A stretch of DNA of 29,103 nucleotides, taken from NCBI GenBank assembly GCA_038736825.1, contig JAVYME010000011.1, positions 1 to 29,103 of the forward strand, written 5' to 3'. Position numbers and translations under genes: made by a program. Positions 1 through 7,931 of the stretch are shown here, in pieces. The notes below the pieces were generated by a model that did not search any database, was not told the origin of the DNA, and worked only from the letters and a program-made list of their open reading frames with translations. This DNA is from Candidatus Iainarchaeum sp. GTDB taxonomy: Archaea; Iainarchaeota; Iainarchaeia; Iainarchaeales; DTGL01. Position 1 is the first letter of the stretch; the number at the start of each line of letters is the position of its first letter.

Positions 1-447
1 GCAAAAAAACCAGAAAAAAAGCCTGAAACAAAAACAACCGACTCCTTCAAAAAAATAGCACTGGCACAATGCTGCAATCCACTCCCAGGGGAAAAAATAG
101 TTGGCTACAAGACAACCAAAAGAAAAATCACAATCCATTCAGCAGATTGCCGCTCGCTTGCCATGCTTCCAAAAAACAAAAAAATACAAATGGAATGGGG
201 TTCTGGTGAAAAAAAAGCGCATTCAGTAAAGCTAAAGGTCAGAGCAGTGGAAAGAGCCGGCATACTGATAGACCTTTTAACTGAACTGGAAAAAAAGGAA
301 GCAAAGATTGCATCAACAGAAACAAAAAGCGAAAAAGGCGGCACAATAAAATTCGAATTCAACATAATGCTGAAAGACACTAGGGAATTCCAAGGACTTA
401 AAGAAGCAATTCTTGCAGTGCCGGCTGTTATAGAGGTTAGCCGCTAA
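1..447 (+). CDS. C-terminal part (5' end cut by the window edge) of a RelA/SpoT-homologue-like protein: Cys-rich zinc-finger segment plus ACT/RRM-like domain
   Basis: Frame 1 is open from base 1 to the TAA at 445-447. The listed 163..447 ORF is only the part from an internal Met. The translation ...IALAQCCNPLPGEKIVGYKTTKRKITIHSADC... fits the CCxPxPGDxIVG...H..DC motif of long RSH enzymes. It is followed by an ACT-like segment (VKLKVRAVERAGILIDLL...IKFEFNIMLKD...L...I..VP.V..V.R). Confidence 0.55.
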   Translation, partial: AKKPEKKPETKTTDSFKKIALAQCCNPLPGEKIVGYKTTKRKITIHSADCRSLAMLPKNKKIQMEWGSGEKKAHSVKLKVRAVERAGILIDLLTELEKKEAKIASTETKSEKGGTIKFEFNIMLKDTREFQGLKEAILAVPAVIEVSR

Positions 448-576
448 AAACAAATAAAAACAACACTAACTATCAAATTTAAACCAATTGAATTAATCAC
501 TCTTCAAACCAAAAGCTCAACTGATTGAAAGGATTAGAAAAAAAAGGCAAAAATTAAACCACCCATTATTTTGGGT

Positions 577-1317
577 TTACCCTTCTCCGTACTCTTCCTC
601 TATTCTGCGCACCACAATACCGCGCTGGGTTATTTCCAGTGGATGCAAGTCTTCTGAGTGCTTGGTTCCCCGCATTTTCCTTATATGCAATGTCCTGTTA
701 CTAGTCATTCCAACACCCATGTAATGAAGAACTATTACTCCGTCAACCAAATACTCTTCAACCCCATATTTGCTAAACCTGTTCTTGCCCTCGCCCAGCT
801 CAGATATCAAAATGGATGTAACCCCAGCTTTTTCTAACAGATAACCAAGCTTCAATATAGCCCTTCTTATTTCATGCTCTGTTTTCAAATTATAGCCAAG
901 CGAGGGAATTGAATCTATTACAACACGCTTTGCCCCATACCTTTTTATGGAAGAAAGTATTTCTATCAACAATTTGTCCACATCAAAGCCCGTGCTTGGC
1001 AATGCAAACTCTTCATCGCTTGGAATGCCAATTCTTGCAATTGAACCATCAATTATTTGAATCATGTTTTCTTCTTCAAGCTTTCTCAAATCCCACCCAA
1101 AAGTCAAACAATCCTCTCTTATCAGAGAAGGCCTTTCATCAAGCGTTACATAAATTCCAGGCTCACCATATTTTTCTGCACCAGCATAAATATATTGGAC
1201 TCCGAAAGTTGTCTTGCCGGTGCCACAACCGCCACTCACAAGGATAGCGCGGCCTTCTGGAAAACCACCTTCAAGCAATTCATCAAGCCCAATTATTCCA
1301 GTGCGAACTCTCTCCAT
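577..1317 (-). CDS. KaiC/RadA-like RecA-superfamily ATPase, single domain
   Basis: 246-aa ORF. N-terminus RVRTGIIGLDELLEGGFPEGRAILVSGGCGTGKTTFGVQYIY carries a Walker A motif in the typical KaiC-family context. A Walker B-like VVIDSI follows. Confidence 0.8.
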   Translation of the reverse strand: MERVRTGIIGLDELLEGGFPEGRAILVSGGCGTGKTTFGVQYIYAGAEKYGEPGIYVTLDERPSLIREDCLTFGWDLRKLEEENMIQIIDGSIARIGIPSDEEFALPSTGFDVDKLLIEILSSIKRYGAKRVVIDSIPSLGYNLKTEHEIRRAILKLGYLLEKAGVTSILISELGEGKNRFSKYGVEEYLVDGVIVLHYMGVGMTSNRTLHIRKMRGTKHSEDLHPLEITQRGIVVRRIEEEYGEG

Positions 1318-1421
1318 AAAACCACCACTATGTTATAGTGTTTATTTGTTAATATACTTTTTGCTGTGATTGAAAAGTTTAGAAGACAGCAAGAAAATCG
1401 TTCAGAAATAAAAAAAAATAG

Positions 1422-1495
1422 TGGGGCGGGCGAGATTTGGACTCGCGACACATAGGTCTTCAGCCTACTGCTCTACCGGGCTGAGCTACCGCCCC
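1422..1495 (-). tRNA. tRNA-Phe (anticodon GAA)
   Basis: The reverse complement GGGGCGGTAGCTCAGCCCGGTAGAGCAGTAGGCTGAAGACCTATGTGTCGCGAGTCCAAATCTCGCCCGCCCCA folds as a cloverleaf. The 7-bp acceptor stem GGGGCGG/CCGCCCC is perfect, the anticodon loop is CTGAAGA, and no CCA is encoded. Confidence 0.9.
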
Positions 1496-1560
1496 AGCCA
1501 TAATAAAAATTATTGGTTAATTAATTTAACCCTATTGAACCACAATTAAAAGCCAGCCAG

Positions 1561-1634
1561 TGAGCCCGGCGGGATTTGAACCCGCGACACCTGGATTAAA
1601 AGTCCAGTGCTCTGCCAGGCTGAGCTACGGGCCC
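1561..1634 (-). tRNA. tRNA-Lys (anticodon UUU)
   Basis: The reverse complement GGGCCCGTAGCTCAGCCTGGCAGAGCACTGGACTTTTAATCCAGGTGTCGCGGGTTCAAATCCCGCCGGGCTCA has anticodon stem CTGGA/TCCAG, loop CTTTTAA and T-loop TTCAAAT. Confidence 0.9.
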
Positions 1635-1770
1635 TAAAAAGCACTACTTGTACAAAGTAGGATAAATAATAGTTTTCTGTCAAGATATTTAAAGGAATGC
1701 TTCATTAAATACCAGAACTCCAATAATCAGCACAAAAAAACGCCTTTAATTTGCTGACAAAACAAGAAAC

Positions 1771-3039
1771 CTAAATAACTTTTATTCCGCCCATTAACGG
1801 TTGCAACACTTTTGGCACTTCAACAGAGCCGTCTTCTTTCTGGAAATTCTCCAAAATAGCCCTTATAATGCGAGAAGTGGCCAATGCTGTGCTATTAAGC
1901 GTGTGCACAAATTCCTTGCCTTTGTCTTTCCTGTAACGGATTTTAAGCCTTGCTGCTTGATAGGAGGTGCAATTCGAACAAGAGATTATTTCGAAATACT
2001 TGCCCTCGCGTGGAGACCACGCCTCAATATCATACTTTTTTGCTGCAACAGTGCCAATATCGCCAGTGCAAACATTCATTACCCTGTATGGAATGCCTAA
2101 CGCTTGAATAATCTCTTCAGCATTCCCCAATAACTCTTCATGCATCTTCCAAGAGTCCTCTGGCTTGCAGAAAACAAATTGCTCAACCTTTGAAAACTGG
2201 TGAACGCGGAAAAGGCCGCGCTCATCAATAGAGTGCTTGCCTATTTCCTTCCTGAAACAAGGGGAAACACCGCAATATTTTAGTGGCAAATCTTTAGCCT
2301 CAAGGATTTCATCCATGTGAAGAGCAGCAATTGGATGCTCGGAAGTGGCAATAAGAAAAAGATCCTCGCCATCTATTTTATACATAACATTTTCGAAGTC
2401 TGCAAGGTCAGTAACCCCCTCATAGGGCTTCCTGCGGAGCATGAAAGGCGGAACTACAACAGTATACCCGCGACGATTAAGAAAATCCACAGCAAAACCC
2501 TGCAAGGCAAAATCCAGCAAAGCCAGGCTGCCCTTAAGATAATAAAAACCAGCGCCTGCAACATTCACTGCCTTAGAAAAATTCGCAAGACCACGTGACT
2601 GGGCAAGCTCGCCATGATGCTTTAACGCAAAAGCGGGCTTTTTTGGCTCCCCCCAGCGCCGCACCTCCACATTTTCATTCTCATCCAAGCCATCAGGCAC
2701 AGATTCATGCAAAAGATTAGGAAGCCTTGCAAGAAGAAAATCAACCCTTTGGCGGCACAAAGCGGCTTCAGCCTGCACCTTCTTAACCTTTTCAGGCAAA
2801 AGCCTTGCCTTTGCAAGAACCGCACTAGCATCCTTGCCCTGCCTTTTCAAGAGATTAACTTCATCAGAAAGGCGATTGCGTTCACATCGCAACCGTTCCT
2901 CCTCAGCCTTAAGCTCACGCCAGCACCTATCCTTTTCCACTAATTCATCAAACATTTCAAGAAAAGACTGATTACCGCGCCTGGCCAGATTTTTTCGCAC
3001 TTCAAGAGTGTGAGTTCTCACAAAGGAAAGCTCAAGCAT
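1771..3039 (-). CDS. serS: seryl-tRNA synthetase
   Basis: The ORF 1771..3093 has an N-terminal coiled-coil arm (MLELSFVRTHTLEVRKNL...) and a class II core (FRVHQFSKVEQF, GDIGTVAAKKYDIEAW, NSTALATSRIIRAILEN). I place the start at Met19 (3039) because SerRS normally begins ML..K.IR. The 18 residues upstream are hydrophobic and look like junk. Confidence 0.9.
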   Translation of the reverse strand: MLELSFVRTHTLEVRKNLARRGNQSFLEMFDELVEKDRCWRELKAEEERLRCERNRLSDEVNLLKRQGKDASAVLAKARLLPEKVKKVQAEAALCRQRVDFLLARLPNLLHESVPDGLDENENVEVRRWGEPKKPAFALKHHGELAQSRGLANFSKAVNVAGAGFYYLKGSLALLDFALQGFAVDFLNRRGYTVVVPPFMLRRKPYEGVTDLADFENVMYKIDGEDLFLIATSEHPIAALHMDEILEAKDLPLKYCGVSPCFRKEIGKHSIDERGLFRVHQFSKVEQFVFCKPEDSWKMHEELLGNAEEIIQALGIPYRVMNVCTGDIGTVAAKKYDIEAWSPREGKYFEIISCSNCTSYQAARLKIRYRKDKGKEFVHTLNSTALATSRIIRAILENFQKEDGSVEVPKVLQPLMGGIKVI

Positions 3040-3108
3040 AAAAGCACCAGAAAAAATTATGCAAAAAGTCGTTAAATAACTATCACCCCACACTTAATTG
3101 GACAGGAT

Positions 3109-3633
3109 ATGCCGACAAAAGAAAAAAACATTACTGTCTTAAGATACGGTCATCGGCCATACCGCGATCTACGGGTTACAACCCATTGCTGCCTTGTAGC
3201 AAGGGCATTTGGTGCAGAAAAAATTTTAATACAAGGCGATGAAGACGCCTCCTTGAAAAAAACAATTGACTCAATAACAAAAAACTGGGGCGGAACTTTC
3301 CAAGTTGAATTCTGCGAAGGATGGCTCGAACAGATTAAAAAATTCAAAAGAGAAGGATATTATATTGTGCACTTAACCATGTATGGGAAGCCACTTAACA
3401 GGGAAATAACAAAAATACGAAGAAAAAAAAGGCTTTTAGTGATAATAGGCTCAAAAAAGGTTGAAATCGGAGTTTACCGGCAAAGCGACATAAATATATC
3501 AGTTGGAAAACAACCACATAGCGAAATTGCTGCTTTGGCAGTGTTTCTTGACCGATTATTTGACGGAAAAGAGCTCGAAAAAAAATTTCCCGGCGCAAAA
3601 ATCATCCTTACCGCAAAAAATGAAAAAAAATAA
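3109..3633 (+). CDS. trm56: tRNA (cytidine56-2'-O)-methyltransferase aTrm56 (SPOUT family)
   Basis: 174 aa. The segments VLRYGHRPYRDLRVTTHCCLVARAFGAEKI, WGGTFQVEF, VHLTMYG and GKQPHSEIAALAVFLDRL are collinear with archaeal aTrm56 proteins as I recall them. Confidence 0.85.
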   Translation: MPTKEKNITVLRYGHRPYRDLRVTTHCCLVARAFGAEKILIQGDEDASLKKTIDSITKNWGGTFQVEFCEGWLEQIKKFKREGYYIVHLTMYGKPLNREITKIRRKKRLLVIIGSKKVEIGVYRQSDINISVGKQPHSEIAALAVFLDRLFDGKELEKKFPGAKIILTAKNEKK

Positions 3634-3679
3634 TATTGTTTAAATTAGTTTGCCAAGATAAATATCGTGGGGGGAGCCA

Positions 3680-4225
3680 ATGAAAAAAACAAAGTCAAAG
3701 AAAAAACTAACATCATTCCAAATAGTTAACGAATTCCTCTCCCAAGTTGGAGGAGAAGGCGCCATACAACTCGTGACTCTTTATGAAAAAGGACTTTCCC
3801 CAATAAAAGATGAAGAAGCAGCAAACAAAATGAAAGTAAAAGTAACAGATGTGAGAGCAATTCTAAACAGACTGCACTATAGGGGAGTAGCAAACTACCA
3901 AAAGAAAAGAAACAAAAAAACAGGATGGTACTCATACACTTGGACAATTGACAAAAAAAGAATCCTTGAATTGCTTGTTGAAAAACAAAAGGAAGAAATA
4001 GAAAAAATGGAACAAAGAAAAGAACACGAAGAGACATACTCGTTTTTTTCTTGCAAAAAAAACTGCCATGAACTCCCATTTGAAATAGCTGCAGAATACC
4101 AATTCCGCTGCCCAGATTGCGGCAGCGAGCTCAATTGCATAGATGGAAAAAAGAGGACCCAAGAAGCAGCAGAAAAAATAGAACAAATGAAAAAGGAAAT
4201 TTGGGAATTACAAAAAATAATTTAA
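3680..4225 (+). CDS. tfe: transcription factor E (TFIIE-alpha homologue)
   Basis: 181 aa with an N-terminal winged helix (VTDVRAILNRLHYRGVANYQK..WYSYTWTIDKK) and a C-terminal zinc ribbon (FFSCKKNCHELPF...FRCPDCGSEL). A GGGGGGAG Shine-Dalgarno lies upstream of the ATG. Confidence 0.8.
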   Translation: MKKTKSKKKLTSFQIVNEFLSQVGGEGAIQLVTLYEKGLSPIKDEEAANKMKVKVTDVRAILNRLHYRGVANYQKKRNKKTGWYSYTWTIDKKRILELLVEKQKEEIEKMEQRKEHEETYSFFSCKKNCHELPFEIAAEYQFRCPDCGSELNCIDGKKRTQEAAEKIEQMKKEIWELQKII

Positions 4226-4248
4226 AAAAAGACAAAAAAACACAAAAT

Positions 4249-4287
4249 GTTGGACAAATAAGCATCCAACAAAAAAAGGTTTTTTTT
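4249..4287 (+). terminator. hairpin plus T8 tract downstream of tfe
   Basis: GTTGGA(4249-4254)/TCCAAC(4265-4270) form a stem, followed by a T8 run at 4280-4287. Oligo-T tracts are the usual archaeal termination signal. Confidence 0.4.
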
Positions 4288-4421
4288 GGAAAAAAAAAGT
4301 TTTTTTAGGGTTTTATTCTAAAATAAGGCTTTTTTATGGCTTTATTTCTAAAAAAAGCAAAGAAAAAGTTTAAAAATGTTTAAAAAGAATAATATTATAC
4401 TTTAAACAATAGTTCATTTAA

Positions 4422-4496
4422 AGCGGGGTAGGGCAGCCTGGAGTGCCCGTCGGGCTCATAACCCGAAGGTCAAAGGTTCAAATCCTTTCCCCGCTA
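4422..4496 (+). tRNA. initiator tRNA-Met (anticodon CAU)
   Basis: AGCGGGGTAGGGCAGCCTGGAGTGCCCGTCGGGCTCATAACCCGAAGGTCAAAGGTTCAAATCCTTTCCCCGCTA. It has an A1:U72 terminal pair and three consecutive G:C pairs closing the anticodon stem (GGG/CCC). Both are hallmarks of archaeal initiator tRNA. Confidence 0.88.
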
Positions 4497-4853
4497 ATTT
4501 TTCTCTTAAAACCCTAACTTACTTTTAACCAATAATAAAAAAAAGCACAAATAACCATCTTAAAGCAAACAAGAAGCGCAAACCATTAATGAAACAAAAC
4601 CATTACTTTAGCTACTTAGCGTCAAAAAGAGCAAAAAAAACAAAATTATCAACCGGCCAGAACCACTTACTAACAAGTAACCCCCAACAGCCAATTGCAA
4701 AAAAAGCTAAGTAGAAAAAATAAAAGAAAAAACAAGATAAATTACTTTTTTTAGTAAAAGCTGTAATTAAAAAAGAACATGGCTGCCGGTCGAGCCAAGC
4801 CATCTTTTGACTATTAAAAAAACAATTACTTTTCATCTAAAGTCATCATGGTA

Positions 4854-4869
4854 ATAATTACTAGTAATT
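4854..4869. promoter_or_regulatory. perfect 16-bp palindrome TAATTACTAGTAATTA upstream of the 4928 ORF (candidate operator)
   Basis: Read directly from the sequence. It lies 59-74 nt upstream of the ATG at 4928 and is followed by the partial direct repeat TAATTACTA/GTAATTACTA. AT-rich palindromes can occur by chance. Confidence 0.25.
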
Positions 4870-4927
4870 ACTATAATTAACCAACCTTACCGTAATTATT
4901 TTAAGAAATTAAGCCATATATTTTAAC

Positions 4928-5383
4928 ATGGTTTTTAGAGGAATGCTGGCAAAACTATTCAAAAAGTTAGAAAAACTAAGAGAATGGGCTGAATCTGAAG
5001 ACAAACTCTACAGTCAATCAGTAGCTGTTGAAGAACCAAAAGAAAAGGCCATTGGGTCAATATGGGATTTCCTACAATTCACTGAAAACACCCAAGCTTT
5101 TCATTTAGTGAACGTGATTGGTTTTGAAGAGTGGGTCGATATGGAGGAAATACGGCGCCGCATAAGGGAGATTTTCTCAGTTGAATATAAAAACGAAAAA
5201 AGCCTTTACCCCTACTTGAAAACCCTCACAGATATAAATCTCTTTGAATCGACAAATATTGGCGGCAGAAGAAAATGGCGAAAAAAAGAGCTTCTTTTCG
5301 AGATTGAAAGAGAAAAAAGCCCAGAAGAAAAAAAAGAGAAGGGGGAAATAAAAATTCAATTAAGGGCGAGAAGAAAAAATTAG
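4928..5383 (+). CDS. hypothetical protein, possible winged-helix fold with a Lys/Glu-rich tail
   Basis: 151-aa ORF whose sense strand is A-rich, like other genes here. The central part (WVDMEEIRRRIREIF...SLYPYLKTLTDINLFES..GGRRKWRKK) resembles a wHTH. I recognise no family. Confidence 0.5.
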   Translation: MVFRGMLAKLFKKLEKLREWAESEDKLYSQSVAVEEPKEKAIGSIWDFLQFTENTQAFHLVNVIGFEEWVDMEEIRRRIREIFSVEYKNEKSLYPYLKTLTDINLFESTNIGGRRKWRKKELLFEIEREKSPEEKKEKGEIKIQLRARRKN

Positions 5384-5398
5384 CAATTAGCAAGAAAG

Positions 5399-5977
5399 TT
5401 ATTTTTTAGAGTCCACTAATTGCTTGAATTCTTTTAGTTTTGGGGATGCTTCATAGACACTTAAAAACCAAGGGTGCTTTGCAATATTTCTTGCAAGCAA
5501 AAGCACTTTTTGCTCATAGTCTTTGTTTAAACTGCCTGCTCCAATCCGCCTTAATTCTGAAAAAAGGCTGGCTCCCTTTTCTACACTGGCGCGATCAATT
5601 AAATTCTCAACCGCTTTAATCACTTTCTGTTCAGGCACTGTTTTTTCATCCATGTAATAAACAGCTTTCCAGTTTCCTTTAGATTCCCAATTGTGTGCCG
5701 GGTTTTTCCCGGTTTTAAAAAAAGAAATAAGGCTTTGAAAGGCGTCAGGGGCGATGACCACGCTGTTCTTTCCAACCCTCACATATGGAAAATCTGAAAG
5801 AACCCCCTTCCGGTGGTATTTGTAGTTTTTGCCATTGGACTTGTAAACTGCTTGGGTATACCCATAAAGGGCCCTAAAAAGCTTTTGATAAGAATAAGAG
5901 GCATGGTTTGTACAGTTTGGTAAAATAAACTTGTATTGAATGAAATAACCCTCTACTGCCAAACAGACCCCCCTCAC
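5399..5977 (-). CDS. hypothetical protein (no family recognised)
   Basis: 192-aa ORF with normal composition. There is no ATG near the 5' end. The start is GTG at 5977 or TTG at 5962, preceded by GGAAGTGAGGGG. An in-frame stop lies just upstream at 5987-5989. Confidence 0.55.
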   Translation of the reverse strand: MRGVCLAVEGYFIQYKFILPNCTNHASYSYQKLFRALYGYTQAVYKSNGKNYKYHRKGVLSDFPYVRVGKNSVVIAPDAFQSLISFFKTGKNPAHNWESKGNWKAVYYMDEKTVPEQKVIKAVENLIDRASVEKGASLFSELRRIGAGSLNKDYEQKVLLLARNIAKHPWFLSVYEASPKLKEFKQLVDSKK

Positions 5978-5988
5978 TTCCGATATTC
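5966..5988. repeat. left arm of an imperfect inverted repeat (GACCCCCCTCACTTCCGATATTC)
   Basis: Its reverse complement GAATATCGGAAGTGAGGGGGGTC matches 6607-6629. The match is an exact 13-mer AATATCGGAAGTG plus GGGGGTC after a 2-nt indel. Confidence 0.6.
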
Positions 5989-6090
5989 ATCAAAGATAAT
6001 AAACAAAGGAGTTTTATGTATATTATTAGGACATAAATTTAAAACATTGGTTTTTCTAGATTTTAAGAACCCAAGAATAAATAAAAAACA

Positions 6091-6112
6091 GAAAGGCCAG
6101 TCTTTCTTTTTT
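6091..6112. terminator. bidirectional hairpin with T-runs on both strands
   Basis: GAAAG(6091-6095)/CTTTC(6102-6106) form a stem. T6 follows on the plus strand, and TGTTTTTTATTTATT follows on the minus strand. It lies downstream of the PRC-barrel gene. Confidence 0.4.
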
Positions 6113-6161
6113 GTATTGACTAGCCGATCCTGCTTTTTTTTGTTTTAAAAGATTGTTCTTC

Positions 6162-6413
6162 TTATCTTTGTACGTCGCCTTTTGTTGAGATCAGGACTAT
6201 GTTTTTTGCAGATATTACTTTGCTGTAAGGTATGCTTTTTTCACTGATTATTTTTTTTGCTTCTGCTTTAGAGGTTGCCCTTAATGGTTCTGTGGTTATT
6301 GTTTCAATTCTTCCTTTTTCCAGGTTTATTACTAGGTCGAAGACCTTTCCTTTTCTTTCTGCATCTGTTGTATAAATGTCCATCCCAAACAGCTCTGAAA
6401 GCCTCATTGTCAC
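6162..6413 (-). CDS. PRC-barrel domain protein
   Basis: 83 aa. LSELFGMDIYTTDAERKGKVFDLVINLEKGRI is typical of small archaeal PRC-barrel proteins. The GTG start at 6413 sits 6 nt after an AGGAGGT Shine-Dalgarno. An alternative ATG lies at 6407. Confidence 0.75.
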   Translation of the reverse strand: MTMRLSELFGMDIYTTDAERKGKVFDLVINLEKGRIETITTEPLRATSKAEAKKIISEKSIPYSKVISAKNIVLISTKGDVQR

Positions 6414-6606
6414 GGTATTACCTCCTGTGTAGTGTAAACCTTTGCAAATTGAACTATTATTAACTGCATTCTAGTATTTAAATTTATTGTGAATAGTGAA
6501 AATCTGTTTTTTTATTTGTCAGCTGGGTTTTTTTCAAGAAAAAGGGCGGGATAATTTGACTTAAACATAACGTTTTTTTGGCTTTTTTTGAAACCCAGTG
6601 CTTCAC

Positions 6607-6629
6607 GAAAATATCGGAAGTGGGGGGTC
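6607..6629. repeat. right arm of the inverted repeat (GAAAATATCGGAAGTGGGGGGTC)
   Basis: See 5966-5988. The two arms bracket the PRC-barrel gene. This arm lies 83 nt from the 3' end of xerA. Confidence 0.6.
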
Positions 6630-6711
6630 ACGGCTGCCGAGAAATTGTGGCTTGAGTTTTTTTGCAGTTTGTTTTGTGCCTAGCTTTGTTTTGCTTTTGC
6701 TTACTTGACAA

Positions 6712-7578
6712 TCATGCTTTTTGCTTTAATGTGTCTAGCGGGCTTTTCACTTTCTTCAGTTCTTCTGTTGAAATCGTTGTGTATATTTGCGTTGTAGACA
6801 GGCTTGAGTGACCAAGGAGTTCTTGTATTTTCCGGATGTTCTCGCCTGATTCCAACAAGTGTGTGGCAAAACTGTGCCTGAACGAGTGGGGTGTTATGTT
6901 TTTTTGTATTTTTGCTTTTTTTCTGCATTTGCGCACTATTCTTTGGACAGTGTCTGCGCTAATGGGTTGTCCGTTTTTTTTGCAGAATACGAATTCGCTT
7001 TTGTTTTTTCTGTTTTCCAAGAATTTTTTGAATTCGTTTATCCATTCTTCTGAAAGTATCACCATTCTGTCCTTGTTGCCTTTGCCGCCTCTCACCACGG
7101 CTGTTTTTTCGTTTAGGTCTAGATTGGTGATTTTTAGATTTGTTGCCTCGCTGACTCTGAGGCCGCTAGAGTAAAGCAGTTTTAGTAATAGCCTGCTTTG
7201 GGGGGTTTTTGCAGCGTTTATTATGGCGTAAACTTCTTCTTTGGTCATTACTGCTGGCAGTTTTTTTGCTTTTTTTGGTCTCTTGATGTCGTCCATTATT
7301 TTTTGTTTGAGGTGGGAGTGAAAGAAGAATTTGAGTGCAGCGTAAATGAGCGCCAGCGTGGTTCCCTTGGCGTTTTCAGAGCTTTTTTTTGCCAAGAATG
7401 CAATGATGTCTTCTCTTGAAGTGCTTTCTGGGGGCTTGTTTGAAAAATCCAAAAACTCTTCTACATAATAACGGTACATTTCAATAGTTCTCTTAGAGTA
7501 CCCTGCTACAGACAATTCATTCTCAAATTTTGCCAAAACTGCTTCTTTTTTGTCTTTTAGAGCTGTTTCCTGGCCCAT
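6712..7578 (-). CDS. xerA: tyrosine recombinase, XerA/XerC-like
   Basis: 288 aa with an N-terminal SAM-like core-binding domain (LSVAGYSKRTIEMYRYYVEEFLDF). The catalytic domain shows GLRVSEATNL, GKGNKDRMV, TPHSFRHSFATHLLESG and LLGHSSLSTTQIYT, giving the R..H.R..H/Y signature. Confidence 0.88.
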   Translation of the reverse strand: MGQETALKDKKEAVLAKFENELSVAGYSKRTIEMYRYYVEEFLDFSNKPPESTSREDIIAFLAKKSSENAKGTTLALIYAALKFFFHSHLKQKIMDDIKRPKKAKKLPAVMTKEEVYAIINAAKTPQSRLLLKLLYSSGLRVSEATNLKITNLDLNEKTAVVRGGKGNKDRMVILSEEWINEFKKFLENRKNKSEFVFCKKNGQPISADTVQRIVRKCRKKAKIQKNITPHSFRHSFATHLLESGENIRKIQELLGHSSLSTTQIYTTISTEELKKVKSPLDTLKQKA

Positions 7579-7766
7579 GTTTTTAATTATACAACTGATA
7601 AATTTAATTTTTTCGGTAATAAATCTTTACTTGGCAAAGCGATCTGGTTATTTATTGCCTTTCCAAGGCATCCAATAGGTTTTTAAATAACAGGCGCAGT
7701 ATATATTATAGAAGCTATTTTTTTGGCTTGATATTTTTTTGAAATTGATTTTAGGGGGTTTTTTGA

Positions 7767-7931
7767 ATGGAGTTTCCTTTTAAGGCAACAGAAGAGTTCA
7801 GACTCAAACTGCTTGAGGAGGAGCGCAAAATGAGGGCTAAGCAGCCAGAGCCTTGGACTAAAACAAAATATCGCAAATATGCTAATTTTGGTAAGGTAAA
7901 GCCAAAGGTGAAAGCAGGCGAAGCAAAATAA
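7767..7931 (+). CDS. candidate small basic protein (54 aa), below the ORF-track cutoff
   Basis: An ATG at 7767 lies 8 nt after AGGGGG. The translation is MEFPFKATEEFRLKLLEEERKMRAKQPEPWTKTKYRKYANFGKVKPKVKAGEAK, ending at TAA 7929-7931. A TATATATTATA box lies about 60 nt upstream and a hairpin with a T-run follows. The sense strand is A-rich like real genes here. Confidence 0.45.
   Translation: MEFPFKATEEFRLKLLEEERKMRAKQPEPWTKTKYRKYANFGKVKPKVKAGEAK

Noticed and set aside
3040-3093. 18-codon N-terminal extension of serS (track start 3093), with similar extensions at 12692-12712 (dtdA) and 18170-18211 (AcnX-large)
   Set aside because: The family-typical N-termini begin at the internal Met codons. 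For AcnX-large, the internal ATG also has a GGAGGG ribosome-binding site.
4612-4836. 74-aa minus-strand ORF between tRNAi-Met and the 4928 gene
   Set aside because: The plus strand is A-rich here, so a minus-strand reading is antisense-like. The product is Phe-rich, and there is no ribosome-binding site. A small membrane protein cannot be fully excluded.
6011-6030. ATGTATATTAT, an 11-mer identical to the centre of the E. coli dif site, about 0.7 kb from xerA
   Set aside because: The flanking arms show no dyad symmetry (AAGGAGTTTTA versus TTATTAGGACA), so it does not have the architecture of a Xer core site. It is probably an AT-rich coincidence.
5936-6148. 70-aa plus-strand ORF in the spacer between the 192-aa gene and the PRC-barrel gene
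   Set aside because: It begins inside the 192-aa gene on the opposite strand and runs through the bidirectional terminator hairpin. It has a hydrophobic low-complexity tail and no ribosome-binding site.
4422-7578. tRNA gene followed by orphan ORFs and a tyrosine recombinase, suggesting an integrated mobile element
   Set aside because: I found no duplicated copy of the tRNA 3' half (att site) between 4497 and 7960. The recombinase has the size and N-terminal SAM-like domain of housekeeping XerA, and no replication or capsid genes are present. The 5966/6607 inverted repeat is reported separately.
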